A stretch of 60,057 nucleotides of DNA, filler included, from Dugesia japonica (Eukaryota): assembly GCA_001938525.1 (NCBI GenBank). It is 6 parts of 6 records of this genome, joined end to end, with 100 filler letters (N's around TTAATTAATTAA, not from the genome) between each part and the next. Parts side by side here need not be neighbours in the genome. Positions count along the whole stretch, not along the records: positions 30,413 to 39,910 come from MQRL01592540.1; positions 40,011 to 49,305 come from MQRL01573251.1; 4 more parts are not named here. One strand, 5' to 3'. Within the stretch, counting starts at the first letter, position 1. The number at the start of each line of letters is the position of its first letter. Below, piece by piece: positions 34,690 through 48,285 of the stretch. Below the pieces are notes generated by a model. It saw only the letters and a program-made list of their open reading frames with translations, ran no database searches and was not told the origin of the DNA. Made by a program: the position numbers and the translations under genes.

Positions 34690-35498
34690 TTCAAAATTTG
34701 AATTTTAAATTAAATATAATCGATAAGAATTTAAACCAAAATTATATTATAAGTAGCACGTGTCAAAATAAAGCTACATTAGCTTCAATACAAAATTACA
34801 TTGTTAAATTGCATCATAATTTAAAAATGATGTTAATTATTAATACATTTTAAATCCAAACTGACTTGGACATTTTAACATGTCCCATTCGTGAGTAGAC
34901 TTCACACAGTTTGTATTGGTTTTTAACACCGCAGTGTCGAGAAATAAAGCTCAAAAATTACAAAATTACACACATACTATCAAAAGTAGTACTAATATTA
35001 TCCCAAAGATAGCAAAAATCAGATTACAGTAATATTGACATATCAATTAAAACAAACAACTAATTTCTTTCATTAAAATAATAATTAACAATATTGCAAT
35101 AACGATGATAATAATATTAATAATAATAATAGAAGTAATTAAAAATTCAGTCTTCTGTTATATCTGTACATAAATAATCGTGTAGTATTAATAATATTAA
35201 TAATTATAGTAATAAATTAAAATGACTAGCAACAGAATCAAAATATTCAAAACATTGCAACTCATAAAAATAATAATAATATTACATTCTTTTTAACTCC
35301 ATAGCAACACCATAATCAATATTATTATCATTATTATTATTATTAAGAGTTTAAATAATCGATTTATATATTGCGTTTCAAATTAATGTCACAGTAAACA
35401 CAGATAGATTTGTATTGTAATTTGATGGGTGTTTTCTAAACAGATTCTGAGTGCAACAGGGCTATAATAAGGTTGTCAGGAAAAACAAATCGATATTG

Positions 35499-35955
35499 CT
35501 AATTCCAAATTCGAAGGAAACTGTCCCAAGATCCGGTGCACACTGCCATTCCATCTTCCGAAACTCCGAGACAGCTGACTCGGTTATCGTGACCAGCTAA
35601 AACTCCTGAAATAATAATATTGATTTTAAGATATTTTCCCTTCCAAAAATCGTGGTATTTATTTACCGGCTCTATCTTGTTTCAGTGTGTCCCATACGTT
35701 ACAGTTGAAATCGTCATAACCACCGAGTAATAATCGGCCACTTTTGCTGAAAGCAACACTTGTAATACCACAAATAATGTTGTCGTGAGAAAACATTCCT
35801 ATTTCTTGATCAGCTCTTATATCAAACAATCGACAGGTAGCATCGTCAGAACCTGTTGCGAATGCCTGACCATTGGGGAAAAACGTTATTGCGTTTATAT
35901 CCGATTCATGACCCGGAAACGTTTGCTTACACTGACCATCTCGTAAGTCCCAAAG
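35499..35955 (-). CDS. GNB: Heterotrimeric G-protein beta subunit, last two exons (35955-35667 and 35605-35499); missed by the ORF track
   Basis: [51 protein letters not shown]...[14 protein letters not shown]|[35 protein letters not shown]; 61-bp GT-AG intron. Confidence 0.97.
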
Positions 35956-36021
35956 CTTTACAATAAAAAAATTTTAATTTTTCATTTATACTAGTCGATT
36001 TTTGTAATAGTATGATTTTTC

Positions 36022-37245
36022 GGAAAAATTAATGTTAGAAAAACGTTGGATCATCTTTTTTTTTGACAAAGTTGTTCAAATTAAAAACACGATAGAAAAT
36101 CTTATAAAGAATCTTATATAAGAAAAAATTATAATAGAATTTTAAATTAAAAACACACCCTTCATTCCGACAATTTTAATTTTGTTAAAATAGTATTTTG
36201 TATTTGAGATTAAAATTTAAAAATGTTCTCTTCTTAAAGCTTTTTAAAACATAACGTTTTACATCATAAAAAAATTAATTTCGGAAATTTGTTAAATTAG
36301 TTTTTTTTATTTTGTTCTATTTAAAAATATGTAAAATTAATGTTATAAAAACGTTTAAAATAAAAATGAAACTCTAAGATTAATTGGATCATCTTCTTTG
36401 ACTAAGTTGTTCAAATTAAAAACACGATAGAAAATCTATAAATTTATTTTAAATTAAAAACACTCACTTTAACCGATAATTTTAATTTTGTTAAAATAGT
36501 ATTTTTTATCTGAGATTAAAATTTAAAAATGTTTTCTTCTTAGAGCTTTTTAGAACATAACGTTTTACATCATAAAATAATTAATTTCGGAAATTTGTTA
36601 AAATAGTTTTTTTTATTTTGTTCTATTTAAAAATATGTAAAATTAATGTTATAAAAACGTTTAAAAAATGAAACTCTAAGATTAATTGGATCATCTTCTT
36701 TGACTAAGTTGTTCAAATTAAAAACACGATAGAAAATCTATAAATTTATTTTAAATTAAAAACACTCACTTCAATCGATAATTTTAATTTTGTTAAAATA
36801 TTATTTTTTAATTGAGATTAAAATTTAAAAATGTTTTCTTCTTAGAGCTTTTTAAAACATAACGTTTTACATCATAAAAAAATTAATTTCGGAAATTTGT
36901 TAAAATAGTTTTTTTTATTTTGTTCTATTTAAAAATATGTAAAATTAATGTTAGAAAAACGTTTAAAATAAAAATGAAACTCTAAGATTAATTGGATCAT
37001 CTTCTTTGACTAAGTTGTTCAAATTAAAAACACGATAGAAAATCTATAAATTTATTTTAAATTAAAAACACTCACTTCAATCGATGATTTTAATTTTGTT
37101 AAAATAGTATTTTTTATCTGAGATTAATATTTTAAAATGTTCTCTTAAAGATTTTTAAAACATAACGTTTTACATTATATAAAAAATTAATTTTCGGAAA
37201 TTCGTTCAATTTGTTAAAATAGTCTTTATTTTGTTCTATTTAATC
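36022..37245. repeat. Tandem repeat, ~302-306 bp x4, in the G-beta intron
   Basis: GTAAAATTAATGTTA recurs at 36331, 36637 and 36939; units are near-identical. Confidence 0.92.
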
Positions 37246-37669
37246 ACATGATAAAAATAATTGTTCAAATTATACAGACGACCCTAAAATTGTTCAAAAA
37301 AGATGATATGATTAATTTCCTAAAAACAAAATGAAAGTTTAAATGTTATATCGTCCAATTCGATTTTAAATATAGAAAATTATTTCATTAAATTAAAAGC
37401 TTCAATNNNNNNNNNNNNNNNNNNNNNNNNNNNNNNNNNNNNNNNNNNNNNNNNNNNNNNNNNNNNNNNNNNNNNNNNNNNNNNNNNNNNNNNNNNNNNN
37501 NNNNNNNNNNNNNNNNNNNNNNNNNNNNNNNNNNNAAAAAAGCAACATTTTGATCAGAGGTTTTAATTTTATGAAATCTCAAATTCGATCCAACAAACTT
37601 TTCTCGTAATAATTGTAAAATACAGAATTATAACTAAATTTGTTACGAAAATTTTAAAACGTTGTAGTC

Positions 37670-37880
37670 AGAACAATAAGGAAAGGGACGTAATCAACGC
37701 ATGATAGTGACTTGTGCTTACTAGGAATTCCTCGTTCATGTGAAATAATTAGAATTTACAATCTTTCCTATTATGACAGTGTTGCACAAGGTTACCCAAA
37801 TATTTCTAGACGGAACTGCAATTATAGCACGCGTACAATCACGGACACAGACGCTATTTATTCTTCTAAGAAGTAATTAT
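37670..37880 (-). pseudogene. Degenerate 18S rRNA 3'-region fragment
   Basis: AGGGACGTAATCAACGC, GCTTACTAGGAATTCCTCGTTCA, GGTTACCC, TAGCACGCGT, CACAGAC and TCTAAGAAG occur in the order of reverse-complemented eukaryotic 18S, with deletions. Confidence 0.85.
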
Positions 37881-39910
37881 TTACGAATTTAAATAAATAC
37901 ACTNNNNNNNNNNNNNNNNNNNNNNNNNNNNNNNNNNNNNNNNNNNNNNNNNNNNNNNNNNNNNNNNNNNNNNNNNNNNNNNNNNNNNNNNNNNNNNNNN
38001 NNNNNCAATCCGAATTAAAGACAATATTCTTCAGGCATTTACTTGTACATTTAATTATTATTTAATAGCATTGAATTAGAATAAGTGTAAAAAGAAAATA
38101 ACGTACAGTAACTCAACCAAAATCATACACCTGTTATAAATTCATATTTATTTACTATGCATTTAAACTGTTGCAGTGCTCTATATATTTTTAATTTTTG
38201 TAAACTGATTTCTGCAAAACAGAAAACTGCAAGTGTAGCCAATTGTATTTGACAGACAAGAACCACAAATGGTCCTTTCACAAGAAAAATTGATTAACTC
38301 CACTTTTCGAATTTAAGAGTCAAAGAACTTGATGGAATCCTTGCTTTTGATATTCAGTTTAAATTTTCCTAATTTACGTTTTTAATACCATTAAATAACA
38401 AAGTATTTTGATTATTGAATAAAAAGTAATTTGAAAAGTTTAATGAGTACTATTTTATCAAATTTTCCCACTTTTTAGTTTTATGGAGTTAGTCGATTTG
38501 ACTTGTAAACAGCTTAAATATTTAAATCAAGTGTACAAAATAAGATTTCGTGGATAAAGAACAAGAATACGAATAGAAAAACATAAAAAAAATCATAGCA
38601 GCCTACAAAAAATGTTTCGTTTTTCAATTTACATAATAAGCTTTATTCAATGATAATCTAAATAGTAAGGATGAATACAGTAATTTAAACAAAACCTATC
38701 TTCATAAATGTATAGTAGTAAAGTTTTACATCGTAGTTTTTCAAGATGGAGCAATAAAAAATAAATTTTTTTATTTATTTGTTAATAGTTCAAGCTTTTT
38801 TTACAAATCAATGAAAAGCTTTTTTTGTTTACAATTATTGTTGAAAATGCACTTTCACTCATTTAAATTTCAAAACTCAATAAAAGAAATTTCTTATAAT
38901 ATTATAAAACATTCATTTAAAATAAAAGCTTCGATCAAAAACAAAAAAAAATTTAATCGAAGTTTTTATTTTAAATGAATTCTGAAAAACGATCAATGGT
39001 CACGTCCAAAATTTATTCTCCCAATAATTGTAAAATATAAAACATCTTAAAACAATTTTAAAACATTTTTTGGAAATATAAAATAAAGGCTAAATTAGCG
39101 TTTTTTTTCGAGCGGAACCGTGAAACGTATTTTTTCGGAACATATTTTTTTTCTTTTATTTTTTACTGAGAAACACTGGTTTACATAACAAAATTATATG
39201 ATTATCATAATTATTACAAATCTAAGAAAGTCGCTATATTCCTTTACATAGGAACTGATAGTTTTCTGGAGTATTCGAGATGTGGGAATTTCATTTTTAA
39301 ATTAATTTCAATTGCAAGAATCACAATATTTCTGGAATCAAAGCTTATATTAAATAATGTCTATCTAAATTTCAGATTATTAAAAAATTTGTTAAATTTA
39401 TAATCAGTTTGAGACAAAATATTAAAAATTATTATAATATACTAAAATTATTATTATTAAATACTATGTTGTATTAAATAATGCTATTTTAATGACTTTA
39501 ATATCAAACAATTCGTCATTAACCAATCTTATTGAAAAATCTAAATTCAAAAAATGCCAATAATTTCATTGAAAAATAAATGAGTCATCTAAAATTTCAT
39601 TTGATTAATCGATTTGTAGAATCGTTCACTATTATTAGTCATAAACACTCATGCTCAAATCGCTTGTTTTTCTTTAATTACTCTGATGACAGGTAAATTA
39701 GAAAAAAAATTTATTTTTATTATTAAAAATTATTTTAATGCAAAACACATTCAATAATATTATTTGAAAATATGCAATTTATATTTTTTAAAAGAAATTT
39801 ATTTAATCAATATTGTAAATTGTTCAACTGCAAAATAATTTTGTCAAAAAATAATCGTTTATAGGCTTCATCGGTTAATGAAGTCATACGATGAGAAAAA
39901 AGGGTCAAAA

Positions 39911-40010
39911 NNNNNNNNNNNNNNNNNNNNNNNNNNNNNNNNNNNNNNNNNNNNTTAATTAATTAANNNNNNNNNNNNNNNNNNNNNNNNNNNNNNNNNN
40001 NNNNNNNNNN
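39911..40010. other. Assembly linker
   Basis: 44N-TTAATTAATTAA-44N. Confidence 0.97.
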
Positions 40011-40576
40011 CAGTTAATAATTGATAAACATTTGAGAGACCTTCAGTTTAGTTTAAAGAGTTTTTTGATATTTAATTTAAATAAAAAATGTATAATTGAG
40101 ATTGTGAGGAAATTTGTGAATATTTTAAGTATTTTATGTGTGTGTAAATTAATTAATTTTTATTTTTATTGAGTGATTACGATTTTTGTTTTAATATTGA
40201 TACTGTGTCAGTTTTAAAAACGTACCGTAAAATTTTGTTGGGAATTTATTTTGAAAATCATTGCAATNNNNNNNNNNNNNNNNNNNNNNNNNNNNNNNNN
40301 NNNNNNNNNNNNNNNNNNNNNNNNNNNNNNNNNNNNNNNNNNNNNNNNNNNNNNNNNNNNNNNNNNNNNNNNNNTAAATTTATCTATTTTGTAAATATTA
40401 ATAAATTTTAGTAATCAAACCATTTCAGATTTTCTTATTATTTTATAAGTATGAATGAAGTGTTAAGTGGTAAATTTGAATCCGCTAACAGAGATAAACC
40501 AATCAAATTATAATAAAATAAAAGAATTTTGTAGCAAAGATCTATCATCCAATTGAATCCATCAGGAAGTCATCAT

Positions 40577-40612
40577 ATTCCTGAAGAAGACAAATGTATC
40601 GAAAATTTGAAT
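40577..40612 (+). ncRNA. Minimal hammerhead ribozyme (stem II mismatch)
   Basis: AUUC-CUGAAGA-A-GACA-AAUG-UAUC-GAAA-AU-UU-GAAU. Confidence 0.6.
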
Positions 40613-41128
40613 TTCTTTAAAAATACATTTTATTTTTATCGCAGCTTTCTCTTTATTTTAATGAAACATCTCAAATGCGATCAATGGTTAATTGTCCAAC
40701 AATTATTCTCACAATAATCGTAATTATAACACTAGTAATGTAATAGCTATAATAATGTTAAAATGCTTTCATTTTAGTGGAAGGGCTGCAACCCTGCAGC
40801 CCTTATGGGCGAGTTACCCGACTCCTAGTTATAGATGTAATGTATTTCTTTTAAAATTAGAGAACCAACATCGACAGTTTTTGTATTTCTGTTGATAATA
40901 GTAAATAGATATTCTACTGTGTAGACGACAATCGCATTTCTACTTGTTCTGGATTTAATAATAGCGAAAAACTAAAAGCAAAAAAATAAAATGGCACAAT
41001 TTGATCAAATTTTTGAGTTACAATGTGAGATTTATTTTAATTGAGTTAAACCAATCAAATTATGATAAAATACAAGAATTTTGTAGCAAAAGTCTATCAT
41101 CCAATTGAATCCATCAGAAAGTCATCAT

Positions 41129-41164
41129 ATTCCTGAAGAAGACAAATGTGTCGAAAATTTGAAT
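41129..41164 (+). ncRNA. Minimal hammerhead ribozyme
   Basis: AUUC-CUGAAGA-A-GACA-AAUG-UGUC-GAAA-AU-UU-GAAU; 4-bp stems I and II, palindromic AAUU stem III. Confidence 0.72.
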
Positions 41165-41556
41165 TTCTTTAAAAATATTTTACAATTGCAATTATTGCNN
41201 NNNNNNNNNNNNNNNNNNNNNNNNNNNNNNNNNNNNNNNNNNNNNNNNNNNNNNNNNNNNNNNNNNNNNNNNNNNNNNNNACTAGTAATGTAATAGCTAT
41301 AATAATAATTTTAAAATGCTTTCATTTTAGTGGGAGGGCTGCAGTTACAATGTGAGATTTATTTTAATTATGACAAGTTAAGAATGTAGGCAAATTAATA
41401 GAAAAAACCTACCAGTTGCACAAGTAAAATGAGAATAAATGATCTTTTCCGGATCGGGATTTAAATCAACAAACATTTTTAAAATGAAATCTCTAGCTGC
41501 TTCAGCATCTCTTTGAGGTCCTTAGAAAAACACGTAAAGTTGTAATATAAATTTCA

Positions 41557-41721
<165 letters not shown>

Positions 41722-42059
41722 CTATAATAAAAGAAATGCAAACAATAAAAATTATAAATGCAACAAATTATATCAGAAGAAATTTATAAGTTTTTAATGA
41801 AGACTTTATTACAGTATTATTAAAAGATATATAGAAATTATTAATAAATATATAATTAATCAAACAATATTGGCAATTTTTAAAAANNNNNNNNNNNNNN
41901 NNNNNNNNNNNNNNNNNNNNNNNNNNNNNNNNNNNNNNNNNNNNNNNNNNNNNNNNNNNNNNNNNNNNNNNNNNNNNNNNNNNNNNNNNNNNNNNNNNNN
42001 NNNNNNNNNNNNNNNNNNNAATTAATTAAAAACATTCAATATAAACCTAGAAAGACCTG

Positions 42060-42900
42060 TTTGACTAATATTCTTTTTGGATTAATTGATCTAATCCTCA
42101 ATGTTTCACGAAAACTTCTCCTAATAATATCTCAAGTTTTTACAAAAATTTTTAAAATTATTTATACTGATTACTGACTTACATTTAATATTATGTTCAG
42201 CAATATTACTTCCACTATCCACTCAATGCTCCTGAATTCTTCTAGAGATGACAGGAAGTCTCTCCAATTTATGTGGCATTAAACCCATTACATTCATAAT
42301 ATTAAACCGGATCAGAACACAATTGTTATGGTGTTTTAGAGTTATTACTAAACATAACCCAGATAAAATAGATAGGTATAGTTATGTATTAACTATTTCG
42401 TATTTTGAAGGATTTCAACAAATTTAAAATAGGTTGTTAAAATATATAAACGACTGTTTCAATTTTAAAGTTGTTTCTCAGTTTTATAAAATCATAAATA
42501 TGTTTAGTAATAAGTCTAAAACACCAATTCAATTGTGTTCNGATCTTGTTTATAAATGAATGTAATGCCACATATATTGGAGACTTCTCGTNATTACTTT
42601 ACAAGAATTCAGGATTATTGACAGGTTGGTGGTGGAAGTAATATTGCCGAACATAATATTAATCGTAAATCAGTTATCAGTATAAATAATTTGTAAATTT
42701 TGTGCTGAAATGCTAGATATTATTGAGAGAGAATTGAACGTGAAACATTGATGATTAGATAAAAATTGATGCAAAAAGTTATGTTCAAACAAGTTTTTCC
42801 AGAACTGATTACATAATCAGAATTTTTAATATATATAAATGTTAAATGGATTAAATATTATATTTGAAGATTACAGATGCACTGTCGAAACATGTAATAA
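42060..42900 (+). mobile_element. Penelope-like element 3' remnant: GIY-YIG endonuclease plus degraded hammerhead (~42861-42899)
   Basis: LVYK..ECNATYIGD.SR..TRI...SNIAEH; then (T)TGAAGA-TT-ACAG-ATGCA-CTGTC-GAAA-CATG-TA. Confidence 0.7.
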
Positions 42901-43967
42901 AAAATATCTTGAAATGGCGTTTAAAACTTTTTAAATATATATAAATTTTTCGATTTTTTGATTCCTCTTGAAATAAATGTCAAATTGTTCTGAACACATT
43001 CAGATACCTTGACCATATAGAAAGTTAAAAGGTTTGGGGTCCGCCCTGACATTCTAAGGATATAAGACAGTTAACACCTAGCAATTTTTTAAGGTGAATC
43101 GGTCTCTTCCAACATCTGTTTAATAAGCCCATTTACTACATGATTCGACAATTCGACTGTATAGATATAACAAAATTGGAATTAATATAATTTAAGGCTT
43201 AAAAAATTATATTCTATATATTTATTGGTGATTTCTATACATAGATGTTAATAATACCGTAACAGATCATAAGTTATATAGGAATATAAAACTAGAAAAC
43301 TTAAAAGAAGATTAATAATATATTTCTTTGATTGTATAGGAATTTCGTAAACAAATAAATAATTCAAAGATTTTAAATACTGTTTAACAACATTAAACAT
43401 AACTCTAATAAAAACTCTAATAAAACCAATAATATTAAAAGTAAAAAGGAATGAAAACAATATTTATAAATTACCATTGATATAAAGTGCGAAAGAATTT
43501 ATGAATTCCTTAATAATGGAAATAAATTTTAATATTTAAAATTCAAAGAAAAACTAAATTGAAAAACTGAAGTTCTTATCAGTATGCGTTATTTATTTTG
43601 AAAGAAGAATAAGGTACTTTTACAAAAAAAATTAAGTTAATGCTAACATTAATATAACAATTTAACGGTATCTCTTCAATTAAATTCGAAAAAAAGATTA
43701 CTAACCTTAGATAATAAATACAAGTAAATCCTTTTGAAAGTTAGGATCAATATATTTTTAACAATGTTAAATACCTAGATTTAAAAACAAAGTGACTTAT
43801 ATCACTTTAAAAATAAATAGTTCACAAGTTGTCGTAATGATTGTTGCAGTCATGTTGAATAAGATAGCAAACAACTATTTCAGGGCAATCAATCAAACAA
43901 AAATAATCAAAATTTTAAAACCACCGATCAAAAGTGGATGGCAGAATGTTTTTTTCTTCTTTGTTAG

Positions 43968-43999
43968 TTATCCAAATTTTCGACGATTGTCTTCTTCAG
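43968..43999 (-). ncRNA. Hammerhead core lacking the 5' strand of stem I
   Basis: CUGAAGA-A-GAC-AAUC-GUC-GAAA-AU-UU-GGAUAAC; upstream sequence is not complementary. Confidence 0.5.
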
Positions 44000-44019
44000 T
44001 TTTCTTTATTTAAATACCA

Positions 44020-45120
44020 AATCACTCTCCATCTAATTCACCAAATGAATCAATGTTAACATAGGTAAGTTCATCGTTATCAACTCATATATTATGTTGA
44101 CGCCCTCATCTCTGAACTTTTATTGTTATCATGTCGTGGCTTCTACTAATGACAGTGAATGGTCATTTGTAAATAGGTTGAAGAGGTCGTCTATTTCAAA
44201 TTTTATTTACTAGCAGCTTTGTAAATTCCTTGTAATCAGTGTAACCTACTGTTAAAATCAATTTTTGGAGTTTCGTGAGGTATGAATTAAATAATTATAT
44301 CTTCAAGAAGTCGAATAATGGTGACTGATTGTGCTGGAGATAATTATGTTCATGCGCTGAATTCATTGGTTATCCCTAAAACACTTCTCACCATGTTCTC
44401 TCTGGATTTTAGTGAGCACGGAGAGCATTTTTGAGTGTTCGATGGAAACGTTCTATTTTCCCAATATATTCGGAGTGATAGATTCATATGGCGATGTTCA
44501 ATTCCATTATTTTTGCAGAACGTTTAAAATATATTGCCCACGAATTGACGTTCGTTGTCACTTATAATTATATCAGGAACACCGAATCAGTAAATCCAAT
44601 CTTGTCGAAATGCCGAACAGAATATTGTGCATTTATTTCCTAAATTACAAGTGAACCACTTTGAGTTTTCTTCTCTATGGTAGAGATGCTTGTGGTATTT
44701 TGATACGTCGCTGTATCTTATGCGTTTGGTCATTCTAACAGTGTTTGCACTATTTTTCAAGTTTCGGCCTTCATTTTTAGTCAGACTTATCTTGATGAGA
44801 TAGTTTTTATTCGTGCGTTTGATACTTGATAACTAGAACTATGAAGTCCCTCGAATTCTGTAAACCGAAATTTTACAGGTAAGATAATTCTAGGTTGTAC
44901 TTTTTATTTGCCAATCATGATACCTTTAGTGCGATGAAAATTCAACGAAGTATCGATTTCTTTTAAAAATATACTATCTAGTTGAGCTGCTAGTATGCCT
45001 GAGACCGAATTGTTGTAAATTCCCAGTTTCTCTAGCATTGAATTTAGGAACTGGGTCATAATAAGTCGAAATGGTGTTGCGACAGCAGTTTTGTATCTAC
45101 CATTTGGAGAATATTTTTTC
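44020..45120 (-). mobile_element. Heavily degraded Ty3/gypsy (integrase plus gag-like remnant)
   Basis: FGVPDIIISDNERQF, GKIERFHRTLKNALRAH, RPLQPIYK*PFTVISR. Confidence 0.78.
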
Positions 45121-45699
45121 AATCACAATAATAATTCTAAGTAAATATCAAATAATTGATAACAATAGTTGATAAGTTACAAGATTATTACACAAATAAC
45201 TATGAAAAATTCCCAAAACTGTTTTTGGAGACAAAAAGAATTAAAATATTTTATACTACTGTCCTAAAATATGGTATATATTTGCGAAAAAAAATTCTTT
45301 TTCCTTAAAAATGCATTCTGCTGTAAATTTTTTATATATAATTAATTATATTGCAATTAAATAATTTTTTAACACGTTGAGTGCAGAGTTTTAAAAAATT
45401 TTACTTCCTGGGTCACTCTATTTTTTTTTCTTTTAATTAACTCAAAATGAATTCAAAAAAAAATATTGCATTAATTTTAATTAANTTTTTGTGTTTAATT
45501 ATGTCTTTCAATCGTGAATCACCTGTGCACCATGTGGCCTAGAACAGGTCTACTGTGAATCAAAAACCCAACGTGTTAATTATTAAATTTATTTTATTAA
45601 CGCAATACAACCAAATACGAATAATTTTAGTAACCCAATGCAAATAAATTTAGTTAAAGTATGATTGTTTCTGAATGTAATTTTCAGTTAACCGATCCT

Positions 45700-46200
45700 C
45701 ACGGCAAAGTTTTGTCTTATTGATAAGAGGAATTTTATATAAGTTTCTCCATCCTACCAACAGAATTGTTTCTTTGTAATGTTACAATAACGTTATCTAA
45801 ATTATTACATGCGTCTTGAACACATTCAATCAATTTTCTGGAGAAGTTTTATATAGTAATGATTGAATAGGTTTTAAAAAACTCAAATTTGTAACATTTA
45901 AATCAGGATGGTTTGTGGTTGTGACTTAATTGAATATTCCAACGACTAAAACTTGCAGTAACAAAAGCTTCATCATTGTCAGTGGAGTGGGGTTTTGCTT
46001 TGTCTAGTTATGAGTAAATTGTTTTGTGTTTATACTTTTGAGGAAATTTTCATTTGATTGCTGGAATAACTTAGTCTACAATAATTTTCTTACAATGTGC
46101 TGCAGTAAATGATTACATAACTCGGTGATTAAAATTCCTTTAGCTCAATACTTGGAATGGTTTTTAGATATACAAAAGTACATATTAAAAATTTACCATA
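45700..46200 (-). mobile_element. DD39D-type (plant-mariner-like) transposase fragment
   Basis: VIPAIK*KFP, LDKAKPH (cf. QDNAKPH), WNIQL..HPDLNVTNLSFLKPIQSL (cf. QPPNSPDLNVLDLGFF.AIQSL). Confidence 0.68.
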
Positions 46201-47364
46201 AAAACATGCTTTCAAAATGTATCATAGCGTGGTATTTAAATTGAAATTAAATATTATAAAAGTAATAAGTGGATAGATATTCGCAACAAATGAAGAGATA
46301 TTATTGATTATTAAGCCATATAGAAAACTCGAACTAATTGGTAGTAGTTTGATACAAACTAATATATACAATTTCACAGAGAAAACCAATGTCCAATAAT
46401 AGGATTTACAGAAAACAAAATCATTAAATTAAAAAACGTTATTGGACACATTAGAATTATGTTGAATACATTAAATCTTTGACAGAATCAATTGCCGATA
46501 ACATCTAGCAAATTCCATCATACGTTTTCAAATTTTTGTTTAGTTTACAATTTAAGTATCATTTTTTTGTGAAATTAAAGAAAATTCATTTTAAATGAAA
46601 TGATTGACCCATTTCAGCCCAGAAATGATGAAATTCAAATAAAAAACATTGCTTAATTTTACCTAGCAAAATTTTGAAATTAATTTTTACAACATAAAAT
46701 ATAGTTACTTATTGGAAATCATTTTAGAGTATCGATTTCTGCATATTATAACAATTTGAATTAAAATTATAATTGAGATTTAATACAAATTTAAATTTAG
46801 AATAAATAATCAATAAATATGGGGAAGATTCCAATTGTTTACTAGTAATTGTTTTTCAACGAGGATATTTTTCTATTTTGCAAAATATTTAAATTATTCA
46901 ATCTTTATAAGTGATTTTTTATAAAGACTGAATGACAAATCAGAGTAATTCGAGATGATTTTAAATATATCTTAAAAATAAAATGCATAGAAATTTTGAT
47001 CGATTTATTGTCAGAAATTGAATTTGTACTAAATTTTACAATATAAAAAATATAAATAAAATACCAGCTAAAATGGTGTTCGGTAAAATGTGATAACAAG
47101 AATTGAGAGATAAATACTAGTGTAAACGTGAAAGTCAACAATTAAACAATAAGGAAAATTAATATTGGGGATTTATTTCAATTAAAAAAAGATGTACGAA
47201 ATAAAGATGAGAGGTATTATGACTTAGAAATATAATCAAACACAAGATCTTAAAAAAGAAAATGAGTTGTGTAAATTTAGACATGTCAAGTTATACCATT
47301 ACAATTATTGCGAAAATAATTGTTGGACGTAACTATTGATCGAATTTGAGATTTCATTAAAATT

Positions 47365-48060
47365 GAAGAAGCTATCGAAAAACATTTTGAGAATAATATT
47401 ATCCGGAAATGCAACTCTTCATGGAATACTCTATTGATTTGTGCTTGGGAAATGGAAAAGAAAGAATATGTTTTGATTTTAGAATGCAGTAACAAAAAGA
47501 CAAGTTTTTCCGATGCAAAAATTGATGAAATGCTGGACCAATTGAATGGAGCAAAATATTTCAGTTCAATAGATTTGGGAAATGCGTAGTATCAGGTAGA
47601 GCTCGAAGAGGAATCTCAAGAAAAATGAGGTTTTCAAAGAAGCACGGACAATATTGTTTTAATGGAATACCTTTTGGAATCGCAGCGGCACTGAGAACAT
47701 TTCAGGAGATGATGACAAAAGTGATAGGCAGAATTAAAGGAGCTATGGTATATCTAGATGATATTATGATAATNNNNNNNNNNNNNNNNNNNNNNNNNNN
47801 NNNNNNNNNNNNNNNNNNNNNNNNNNNNNNNNNNNNNNNNNNNNNNNNNNNNNNNNNNNNNNNNNNNNNNNNNNNNNNNNNNNNNNNNNNNNNNTTGGAA
47901 CTGATCCGTCTAAAATAGAAGCAATAAGAACTTTTGGAAAACCCAACTGCGTAAAGAAGTTACGAAGTTTCTTAGGAATTTATAATTACTACAGGAAATT
48001 TAAAGAAAATGATGCAAGTAAATCCAAGATCTTAGAACAGCTGTGTAGCGGACCAAGCAA
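47365..48060 (+). mobile_element. Ty3/gypsy reverse transcriptase fragment
   Basis: IIRKCNSSWN, IDEMLDQLNGAKYFSSIDL, IPFGIAAA..TFQ, VYLDDI, LRSFLGIYNYYRKF. Confidence 0.9.
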
Positions 48061-48099
48061 CAAAAGTTAGAAATATTTATTATTTTATAGTCAAAGCAA

Positions 48100-48285
48100 C
48101 CTTTATGAGTATTTAGAGTTGAAAGATCGGTATTTTGGGGAGAGACATTGCTTAGATTCCGAAACTGCGTCTTGAAGTTCACAATAACGATGGAGGATAT
48201 CTGATTCAATAATTATTTAAGTTTTTGTTGTTGTGTTAAAAAAAATTTATTGAAAAAGCACCCTTAATTATGTTACAACCTAATA
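48100..48285 (+). mobile_element. Mariner 3' end with TIR
   Basis: ...NNDGGYLIQ* C-terminus, then TTATGTTACAACCTAA-TA. Confidence 0.6.

Larger units (their letters stand above)
40497..41370 (+). repeat. ~550-bp direct duplication, each copy carrying a hammerhead
   Basis: 40497-40625 matches 41048-41176; 40731-40790 matches 41281-41343. Confidence 0.85.
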
